DNA of 64,000 nt. It comes from Auanema rhodensis. Taxonomy: Eukaryota; Animalia; Nematoda. Shown here piece after piece: positions 40,701 through 47,500 of this stretch. Where the stretch lies: contig OZ059899.1 of assembly GCA_964057225.1 (NCBI GenBank), positions 16,740,001-16,804,000 on the forward strand. The letters are read 5' to 3'. Below the pieces are notes generated by a model. The model made no database searches, was not told the DNA's origin, and saw nothing but the letters and a program-made list of their open reading frames with translations. Made by a program: the position numbers and the translations under genes. Position 1 is the stretch's first letter. The number at the start of each line of letters is the position of its first letter.

Positions 40701-43038
40701 ACTTAGTATGAGCACTTCCCAAGAATCCTCATGCAACAAAGAAACATGCAAGATACAGACTGGACAATCTCTCACTATCAGCCCGTACACACAAGAAGCA
40801 TGCCTAACGTTCACTAACAATCAGAACAAGTTCTCCTTTCTGCGCATACAATGGATCAAAACAACATATTTCTGTGAAATCCGTTCACTCTTCTTCACCC
40901 GAGCAACCAGTACTCATGTAAAGAATAGCAAAAGATGCGCAAGAACTGGATCTTGCCAAGAAAACAAATGCAGCACCATTCAATCGGACACCATGGTTCA
41001 CGAACTAGAACTAGCCAACCAATATCCTGGATCTACACACTGCACAGAATCCTGCGGAGGATTTGGCTGTGGCTGCTTCTATCCATCTTCAGGATGCCTC
41101 TTCTACCGCACCTACATGAAACCTATAGACAAATCTGTTTACGAAGTCTTTTCATGTAACGAATGGATACCTTCCACACAACTACATATCACCTATCTGA
41201 ACGGAACCACAACCACTTCACGGAACATCACGCTTCATTCGGACATTCAAACAGACGTACATCCTTTCAAATTCTCCGCAATCAGTCTAACACCTCCTAT
41301 TATTCCAAGAATGCAAGGACAATTTATTAGAAATTTGACAAGACTGGCCATATGGAACATGAAGTCTACACTGACATGCTCATCTCATGAAAAAGCAAAG
41401 AAATTGGACTGTAAAGCAAACCCTCAGTGTGAATGCACTCCTGCAGAAGACTCAGTCAACTGCCATTGTGAAAACCAGAACATTCAATCAGTCTTTAACA
41501 GTGTTCAAACCATTTTACCTATATTCACACCTGCTTACTCAATCGAACAGTCACAACGGAACCTTGAAATCAACATCTATCGCAACATGATGGCAGAAAT
41601 TTATGTAACAGTGGATGGAATCTTCAATGTATCATCATCGCACGACGACTCGACATGTTTAATCCATGACTCAATGGTTAGAGGATGCTACAACTGCCAA
41701 AACGGAGCACAAGCCAACATCATATGTACTTCACCCATAAATGCTTTAGCTGCCACGAACTGCGGTGACACAGCCTTTATGCTACAATGCAGTCCAAAAG
41801 GAACATCAAACAATATTCGATTACCTATCACTACAGCATCACCATGGATCAACTGTTCATATTCATGCGGACACAATATACAATATTTCTCTCTAACAGG
41901 AATATTATATTACGTCAGCAATATTCAGGACCTGCAGAAACACTACATAGAAGGAAACCACTCCTCACTTCACGAAACAGCTATTACCTTTCAATGGCCC
42001 GATATTACCCATTTCTACAACATCTACCTAGGCTGGTACAAAGAAATTGCAATCTGCATCCTTATAGTAATGCTAGCCCTTGCTGTTTCTTATCACATCA
42101 TCGCGGCTTACGCAACAAAATTCACCGTCAGCTCCGCCCATGTCATCATTCACCTCGTAAAAATTATTCTCTGGTTACCCATCGCTGTCACCAGCTTCTT
42201 CGCCCGCCAGCTCTTTCTTCTATACAAAAGAAAGACTCACATCCTTCTCGTATTCATACTCACTATAATGTCTATTCCTACTACTCGCTGCTCCGATATT
42301 CAAGGTGTCATTGATCGCTCCAATCATAGATGCCAGAAATACATCCGACTTCCCTTGGAAAAGAGGACCGAATGCCTCAAAGAACTGACTAGGACCATGG
42401 ACTCCACCCTGAAGCTTCTCTTTAGCTTAGAGGAGAACAAGGAAACCCCCACCGGAAAGGTCAACGATGTCGCAGCTAATGCTTTAATAGCATACATCAA
42501 GCTCAAAGATTTCCTATCTACAGCTAAAACATCTTATGTTTTTAATATGGAAAAGGAAAAGCTTAGAATTTTTGGCAATGAGAAGCGCCTCACAGACCTC
42601 GTCCGCAACATTCAGAAGGACCATCTTAGCTCTATCGAACTTAAGAACATGCCTTATGGATTTACAAAGGTCCAGAAGGAAAGGGATCCAGCTCCCACTA
42701 CAAAGAGCAACATTATAGTCGTAGAAGCTATGCCCGAACTCAAAAGGATAGATCTCACAACCCGCAACATCGGTGAGGATCTTACAACTTTGACTCGAAT
42801 TATTATGAGATCAAACAATGACGACAAAGGCAAGGACATATTGGATGAACTCCGACAGATCAAGGACCTATTGAAGCAAATGGTCCCAAAGACCATTCAG
42901 CCAACCTTATCAAAGGACACCCAAACACCACCAAGAAAACTGAGAACAAAAAGGACAGAAACAGACCTACCACCAGCCAAGCAGTCACGAACATCACCCA
43001 GTAAGGACAGTACGATCGAGTTCCAGGACATCTTCTAA
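34744..43038 (+). CDS. Gag-Pol-Env polyprotein (2764 aa) with an extra C-terminal domain
   Basis: Uninterrupted ORF. Gag: IPKFDG ~35326 and three Cys-His knuckles 35962-36150. Protease LLDCGS 36331-36348. RT YVDN 37552-37563. RNase H TDSS ~38047 and DNPADLATRG ~38425. Integrase HHCC ~38900-39018, GLDYFGP ~39109, CDNA ~39292, GGFYERL ~39424. Env starts at ~40135. Confidence 0.97.
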   Translation: MPLLRSPISKDTTAQNMVHQAEPSEAARAEAWIGKCYQLLEKIRESDNKRKSFVNRTVNYHSNRASNMIEIRLTEIRSIQEDTEAIQNLIEEMRNITDNLTAEDQERLTANECTLRRHIKSLTDYKIHIEGQIEFLRNSRQDQDLRGTIPRLQTPQLEESIGGFPSNQDTNINQGHPMIVQDNYRYRQTVKPVDIPKFDGNIKNWTNFWTLFNRLIHTANIQDIEKFNYLRQSLTGEAASLISSFSTDEESYHPAVSYLRSVYDHEDKILRYLMLDFIQLKAQSPSNKDLLLLMRKINGIARQTERNNEAALNALAIVLIQQKLPGHILQEVYRSGSNSNMNWRQLVDNTEKYLQHEQEVKNISSDLQTKPVPRTMHQSYNRQNFVTNNRPKPDNKKPSGKQTSNSCIFCQKPHAPWTCDTPKTRKERLTILNQDKRCINCLRKSHATEACPSKRLCSNCGGKHIDLLCFKKKTTKVNLTNSFPMEDEDEEEHVIQFSTQTKTNQYHSALLPIGQIELLHKDRTISIPALLDCGSDTSFIDEDLSKELELPIVESKRVKIKTFGNTASIERLNKVETMFKGHNSHILAQLWTKKVLTGPISTVRFSKPTNTCYKLNKNMKITPRILIGSDLMWQALISVEPLSKEHMVVHTQFGDFITGQATNQKSLNAHSVISEDLSISIPIWNKSFVEEQSEFTGTEAEEKTARDKLILDQFKETIQQKEDGYYVSFPWKDNAHLLPDNKVLALKRLTSLVLKLSQQPTLLEGYNKIIEEQLDLGIIEEAKDPYPNAYRIHYIAHQAVVTPQKETTKIRIVYDASGHYQNKPSLNDVIHQGPLILPSLIGMILRFRCGNTAMIADVQKAFLQIRLHESERDATRFFWLRDIHQPLSTDNTRTLRFCRVPFGINASPFLLGATIRHHLQKKSSESLLAHKIKDNLYVDNLLLASDSADQVRMWYSETKDIFQEMNMKLQEFISNDQIFNSNLTPEERNASTTPKILGLPWDTLSDQWIIQAQIPETKLTKRGVTQAIASIFDPMGMICPSLHPLRIFLQNLWTESFDWDTTLPMEIQTRWKQLCENFHINIRIPRPLPSDTNGQYHLVTCTDSSGNALGFCCYLIAASTRQLALIFAKSKLHSKNSTITIPKAEISALTIGVFNTLKIVKEIQDNIKILTATFLSDSEITLAWIRKKPDQKTTGVLVQNRIKEISNHIEELEDLDIKTSFGYIHTKDNPADLATRGCTTEELEDHFWWNPKAQLEKALNGPLFSLCDEEIRIHAATTETSDEEPWISDCSSWIEAQQKWISVHYPLTTTHTPSMYEEAETNLLHLHQNNLMVRLSAAQRNDLRPLLRNHLWYSRGRMNNAELEESAKLPIIILPKTKTARLLIEHVHGQLHKSTAHTMADIRQKYWIPQLRSQTQSVIRKCPDCQKMNNRPYIYPPSGDVPSRRIRKSRPFQHVGLDYFGPITTQDRNQKAWGCIYTCTVTRLIHLEVIEDLTTKSFLSCLRKIWARRGCPESITCDNASTFELGQKIANKLIVTATTNTSENQHRIKWYNITPYAPWQGGFYERLIRSVKNALYKTLHGTPSTEELSITLAECEATINTRPLTYIGSDTTRDEIIRPCDFIHKDIDLNIYIESEDEDSEYIDNPALQTQADTELALHSSRKRTNKFWELWSELYLKELRESHHHTISVKKAGTNTKPEIGQIVLINDSPIPRHKWPTGRITNIHPDSAGNIREVTLLSENGRELKRPVNLLHPMELSTDNIPQTLQKLETISPAVTQRQQNPRNLERKWYGETASILTLLTIFTIFLPTTMANPTISCNPKGVLIQGMNTDNQQVCSHNTCYNSSEGGLITLPLEDILSDYEVTWTFNHNSRLQYMTLNCPAVHFCSTVSCTFCSATLFNPSCWPWTSMLLFSFITYIITAICYGLLHSPWVIGKAIRLWTNFIYAICTSLFGQLYIRTNRFNKKTVIPLITLLLIHQSMACQELSMSTSQESSCNKETCKIQTGQSLTISPYTQEACLTFTNNQNKFSFLRIQWIKTTYFCEIRSLFFTRATSTHVKNSKRCARTGSCQENKCSTIQSDTMVHELELANQYPGSTHCTESCGGFGCGCFYPSSGCLFYRTYMKPIDKSVYEVFSCNEWIPSTQLHITYLNGTTTTSRNITLHSDIQTDVHPFKFSAISLTPPIIPRMQGQFIRNLTRLAIWNMKSTLTCSSHEKAKKLDCKANPQCECTPAEDSVNCHCENQNIQSVFNSVQTILPIFTPAYSIEQSQRNLEINIYRNMMAEIYVTVDGIFNVSSSHDDSTCLIHDSMVRGCYNCQNGAQANIICTSPINALAATNCGDTAFMLQCSPKGTSNNIRLPITTASPWINCSYSCGHNIQYFSLTGILYYVSNIQDLQKHYIEGNHSSLHETAITFQWPDITHFYNIYLGWYKEIAICILIVMLALAVSYHIIAAYATKFTVSSAHVIIHLVKIILWLPIAVTSFFARQLFLLYKRKTHILLVFILTIMSIPTTRCSDIQGVIDRSNHRCQKYIRLPLEKRTECLKELTRTMDSTLKLLFSLEENKETPTGKVNDVAANALIAYIKLKDFLSTAKTSYVFNMEKEKLRIFGNEKRLTDLVRNIQKDHLSSIELKNMPYGFTKVQKERDPAPTTKSNIIVVEAMPELKRIDLTTRNIGEDLTTLTRIIMRSNNDDKGKDILDELRQIKDLLKQMVPKTIQPTLSKDTQTPPRKLRTKRTETDLPPAKQSRTSPSKDSTIEFQDIF
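34793..34809 (+). promoter_or_regulatory. Primer binding site, tRNA-Gly type
   Basis: TGGTGCATCAGGCCGAG directly follows the LTR. TGGTGCATC is complementary to the ...GAUGCACCA 3' end of invertebrate tRNA-Gly(GCC). Confidence 0.8.
40186..40692 (+). other. Gn-like envelope subunit within the polyprotein
   Basis: Follows the signal-like ILTLLTIFTIFLPTTMA|N. It has a short Cys-rich ectodomain (CSTVSCTFC...NPSCWP), a TM segment, and then the signal for Gc (KKTVIPLITLLLIHQSMA|C). Confidence 0.75.
40693..42114 (+). other. Phlebovirus Gc-like class II fusion glycoprotein within the polyprotein
   Basis: KRC...GSC motif, fusion-loop-like CTESCGGFGCGCFYPSSGCLF (41041-41103), GCYNCQNGA motif, several N-x-S/T sites, and a TM anchor at ~42046-42114. 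Confidence 0.9.
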
Positions 43039-43052
43039 CTCGTCGGCCGGAG

Positions 43053-43221
43053 TGTGCTTGAGCACTCTATATTCCTAAAAAACCTTAAAAACTCTATCTT
43101 TTTCTAATACTTCATAATTCTTTATAAATCTCTTTTAACTGATCAATATTCGTGTAAGTTGAACCTAAGGCTCTTTTTACTCATGACTCATAGGCTACTC
43201 ATCCCCCACGCATATCTCCGC
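43053..43221 (+). repeat. Internal truncated LTR (first 169 bp, U3 part only)
   Basis: Matches the LTR from TGTGCTTGAG to CATATCTCCGC, then switches to env-tail sequence (CATTCACCTCG). It lacks the TATA box and AATAAA. Confidence 0.97.
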
Positions 43222-43342
43222 CATTCACCTCGTAAAAATTATTCTCTGGTTACCCATCGCTGTCACCAGCTTCTTCGCCCGCCAGCTCTTTCTTCTATAC
43301 AAAAGAAAGACTCACATCCTTCTCGTATTCATACTCACTATA

Positions 43343-44113
43343 ATGTCTATTCCTACTACTCGCTGCTCCGATATTCAAGGTGTCATTGATCGCTCCAATC
43401 ATAGATGCCAGAAATACATCCGACTTCCCTTGGAAAAGAGGACCGAATGCCTCAAAGAACTGACTAGGACCATGGACTCCACCCTGAAGCTTCTCTTTAG
43501 CTTAGAGGAGAACAAGGAAACCCCCACCGGAAAGGTCAACGATGTCGCAGCTAATGCTTTAATAGCATACATCAAGCTCAAAGATTTCCTATCTACAGCT
43601 AAAACATCTTATGTTTTTAATATGGAAAAGGAAAAGCTTAGAATTTTTGGCAATGAGAAGCGCCTCACAGACCTCGTCCGCAACATTCAGAAGGACCATC
43701 TTAGCTCTATCGAACTTAAGAACATGCCTTATGGATTTACAAAGGTCCAGAAGGAAAGGGATCCAGCTCCCACTACAAAGAGCAACATTATAGTCGTAGA
43801 AGCTATGCCCGAACTCAAAAGGATAGATCTCACAACCCGCAACATCGGTGAGGATCTTACAACTTTGACTCGAATTATTATGAGATCAAACAATGACGAC
43901 AAAGGCAAGGACATATTGGATGAACTCCGACAGATCAAGGACCTATTGAAGCAAATGGTCCCAAAGACCATTCAGCCAACCTTATCAAAGGACACCCAAA
44001 CACCACCAAGAAAACTGAGAACAAAAAGGACAGAAACAGACCTACCACCAGCCAAGCAGTCACGAACATCACCCAGTAAGGACAGTACGATCGAGTTCCA
44101 GGACATCTTCTAA
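43343..44113 (+). CDS. Stand-alone duplicate of the polyprotein C-terminal domain (256 aa, unknown function)
   Basis: Identical to the last 256 aa of the polyprotein. There is an in-frame upstream TGA at 43184-43186 and no earlier in-frame ATG. Expression is not shown. Confidence 0.55.
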   Translation: MSIPTTRCSDIQGVIDRSNHRCQKYIRLPLEKRTECLKELTRTMDSTLKLLFSLEENKETPTGKVNDVAANALIAYIKLKDFLSTAKTSYVFNMEKEKLRIFGNEKRLTDLVRNIQKDHLSSIELKNMPYGFTKVQKERDPAPTTKSNIIVVEAMPELKRIDLTTRNIGEDLTTLTRIIMRSNNDDKGKDILDELRQIKDLLKQMVPKTIQPTLSKDTQTPPRKLRTKRTETDLPPAKQSRTSPSKDSTIEFQDIF

Positions 44114-44115
44114 CT

Positions 44116-44127
44116 CGTCGGCCGGAG
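44116..44127 (+). promoter_or_regulatory. Plus-strand priming region (atypical PPT, CGTCGGCCGGAG); also duplicated at 43041-43052
   Basis: Assigned by position immediately 5' of the 3' LTR. Only the last 4 nt (GGAG) are purines. Confidence 0.5.
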
Positions 44128-44576
44128 TGTGCTTGAGCACTCTATATTCCTAAAAAACCTTAAAAACTCTATCTTTTTCTAATACTTCATAATTCTTTAT
44201 AAATCTCTTTTAACTGATCAATATTCGTGTAAGTTGAACCTAAGGCTCTTTTTACTCATGACTCATAGGCTACTCATCCCCCACGCATATCTCCGCAGAA
44301 TAAGCATGAGATAACGTTTGCTTCTCCTCCCCCTTTTTGTATCTCTGAATTCTCTAAGTTAACATTATATCTTGCCTCTCGCGTTAGTATATAAGCCGAG
44401 AGGATTCCTCAAATTCTTATGTGTCAATAGTGTAAAAGAATTTATTCTTGTTACCGTTGCATAATAAATATTCTCTCCATATTCTCTTCGATCAAGAGCA
44501 CTACAAAAATCTACCACTGAACCAACTATGCCACTGCTCCGCTCACCCATTTCTAAGGACACGACGGCGCAAAACA
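44128..44576 (+). repeat. 3' LTR (449 bp)
   Basis: Identical to the 5' LTR and followed by the TSD CGGAC. Confidence 0.98.
44463..44468 (+). terminator. LTR polyadenylation signal AATAAA (5' LTR copy at 34679-34684)
   Basis: Canonical hexamer downstream of the TATA box, in the expected R region. Confidence 0.6.
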
Positions 44577-47500
44577 CGGACACCACGTGCCTACAGCCTG
44601 AACTTTTTTGTGAACAAATCTTGTGGATGAGGTTGAGATAAACCTTTTTTCCGAAAAACTGAGAAGTTACAGCCGAATCTTACTCGGAATATCAGATTCT
44701 ACCCATCTGAATACCCAACTTAAGATTATTTATTTTTCATTATAGTTGATGATTTTTGAGAAAAAGTGACAATCACCGGACACAACGTGCCTACAGCCTG
44801 AACTTTTTTGTGAACAAATCTTTTGGATGGGGTTGAGATAAACTTTTTTTCCGGAAAACTAAGAAGTCACAGCCAAATCACACCAAGTAATTCAGATTCT
44901 ACACATCTGAATACCCAACTTAAGATTATTTATTTTTCATTATAGTTGATGATTTTTGAGAAAAAGTGACAATCACCGGTCACCACGTGCCTACAGCCTG
45001 AACTTTTTTGTGAACAAATCTTTTGGATGGGGTTGAGATAAACTTTTTTTCCGGAAAACTAAGAAGTCACAGCCAAATCACACCAAGTAATTCAGATTCT
45101 ACACATCTGAATACTCCACTTAGGACTATTTAGTTTTCATTATAGTTGATGATTTTTGAGAAAAATTGACAATCACCGGACACCACGTGCCTACAGCCTG
45201 AACTTTTTTGTGAACAAATCTTGTGGATGAGGTTGATATAAACTTTTTTTCCGGAAAACTAAGAAGTCACAGCCAAATCACACCAAGTAATTCAGATTCT
45301 ACACATCTGAATACCCAACTTAAGATTATTTATTTTTCATTATAGTTGATGATTTTTGAGAAAAAGTGACAATCACCGGACACCACGTGCCTACAGCCTG
45401 AACTTTTTTGTGAACAAATCTTGTGGATGAGGTTGAGATAAACCTTTTTTCCGAAAAACTGAGAAGTTACAGCCGAATCTTACTCGGAATATCAGATTCT
45501 ACCCATCTGAATACCCAACTTAAGATTATTTATTTTTCATTATAGTTGATGATTTTTGAGAAAAAGTGACAATCACCGGACACAACGTGCCTACAGCCTG
45601 AACTTTTTTGTGAACAAATCTTTTGGATGGGGTTGAGATAAACTTTTTTTCCGGAAAACTAAGAAGTCACAGCCAAATCACACCAAGTAATTCAGATTCT
45701 ACACATCTGAATACCCAACTTAAGATTATTTAGTTTTCATTATAGTTGATGATTTTTGAGAAAAATTGACAATCACCGGACACAACGTGCCTACAGCCTG
45801 AACTTTTTTGTGAACAAATCTTGTGGATGAGGTTGATATAAACTTTTTTTCCGGAAAACTAAGAAGTCACAGCCAAATCACACCAAGTAATTCAGATTCT
45901 ACACATCTGAATACCCAACTTAAGATTATTTATTTTTCATTATAGTTGATGATTTTTGAGAAAAATTGACAATCACCGGACACAACGTGCCTACAGCCTG
46001 AACTTTTTTGTGAACAAATCTTGTGGATGGGGATGATATAAACTTTTTTTTCGAAAAACTGAGAAGTCACAGCCAAATCACACCAAGTAATTCAGATTCT
46101 ACACATCTGAATACCCAACATAGGATTATTTATTTTTCATTATAGTTGATGATTTTTGAGAAAAATTGACAATCACCGGACACAACGTGCCTACAGCCTG
46201 AACTTTTTTGTGAACAAATCTTGTGGATGAGGTTGATATAAACTTTTTTTCCGGAAAACTAAGAAGTCACAGCCAAATCACACCAAGTAATTCAGATTCT
46301 ACACATCTGAATACCCAACTTAAGATTATTTATTTTTCATTATAGTTGATGATTTTTGAGAAAAAGTGACAATCACCGGACACCACGTGCCTACAGCCTG
46401 AACTTTTTTGTGAACAAATCTTGTGGATGAGGTTGAGATAAACCTTTTTTCCGAAAAACTGAGAAGTTACAGCCGAATCTTACTCGGAATATCAGATTCT
46501 ACCCATCTGAATACCCAACTTAAGATTATTTATTTTTCATTATAGTTGATGATTTTTGAGAAAAAGTGACAATCACCGGACACAACGTGCCTACAGCCTG
46601 AACTTTTTTGTGAACAAATCTTTTGGATGGGGTTGAGATAAACTTTTTTTCCGGAAAACTAAGAAGTCACAGCCAAATCACACCAAGTAATTCAGATTCT
46701 ACACATCTGAATACCCAACTTAAGATTATTTATTTTTCATTATAGTTGATGATTTTTGAGAAAAAGTGACAATCACCGGACACCACGTGCCTACAGCCTG
46801 AACTTTTTTGTGAACAAATCTTGTGGATGAGGTTGATATAAACTTTTTTTCCGGAAAACTAAGAAGTCACAGCCAAATCACACCAAGTAATTCAGATTCT
46901 ACACATCTGAATACCCAACTTAGGATTATTTATTTTTCATTATAGTTGATGATTTTTGAGAAAAATTGACAATCACCGGACACCACGTGCCTACAGCCTG
47001 AACTTTTTTGTGAACAAATCTTGTGGATGAGGTTGATATAAACTTTTTTTCCGGAAAACTAAGAAGTCACAGCCAAATCACACCGAGTAATTCAGATTCT
47101 ACACATCTGAATACCCAACTTAGGATTATTTATTTTTCATTATAGTTGATGATTTTTGAGAAAAATTGACAATCACCGGACACAACGTGCCTACAGCCTG
47201 AACTTTTTTGTGAACAAATCTTGTGGATGGGGTTGATATAAACTTTTTTTCCGGAAAACTAAGAAGTCACAGCCAAATCACACCAAGTAATTCAGATTCT
47301 ACACATCTGAATACCCAACTTAGGATTATTTATTTTTCATTATCGTCGATGATTTTTGAGAAAAAGGAACATTCACCGGACACAACGTGCCTACAGCCTG
47401 AACTTTTTTGTGAACAAATCTTGTGGATGGGGATGATATAAACTTTTTTTTCGAAAAACTGAGAAGTGACAGCCAAATCACACCAAGTAATTCAGATTTT

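Larger units (their letters stand above)
42147..44296 (+). repeat. Tandem duplication of 1075 bp (42147-43221 = 43222-44296)
   Basis: Constant 1075-bp offset for the ATG (42268/43343), stop (43038/44113) and LTR start (43053/44128). The two translated 256-aa segments are identical. Confidence 0.97.
34344..44576 (+). mobile_element. Full-length BEL/Pao LTR retroelement / endogenous belpaovirus with phlebovirus-like envelope (Cer7/Cer13/Atlas-like)
   Basis: TGT...ACA LTRs, 5-bp TSD and PBS. Single ORF with three Zn knuckles, D(C)G protease, YVDN RT, DNPAD RNase H, HHCC plus D-D-E integrase and Cys-rich class II fusion glycoprotein, in BEL/Pao domain order. Confidence 0.97.

Noticed and set aside
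43039-43052. Element-encoded tRNA-like primer in the 3' region
   Set aside because: Only 14 nt separate the stop codon from the LTR, and I see no cloverleaf or CCA-ending tRNA sequence.
35221-43971. Short alternative-frame and antisense ORFs overlapping the polyprotein, including the 175-aa ORF at 41787-42314 and the chimeric 43159-43389
   Set aside because: These are shadow ORFs of a long A/C-rich coding region with no recognisable motifs.
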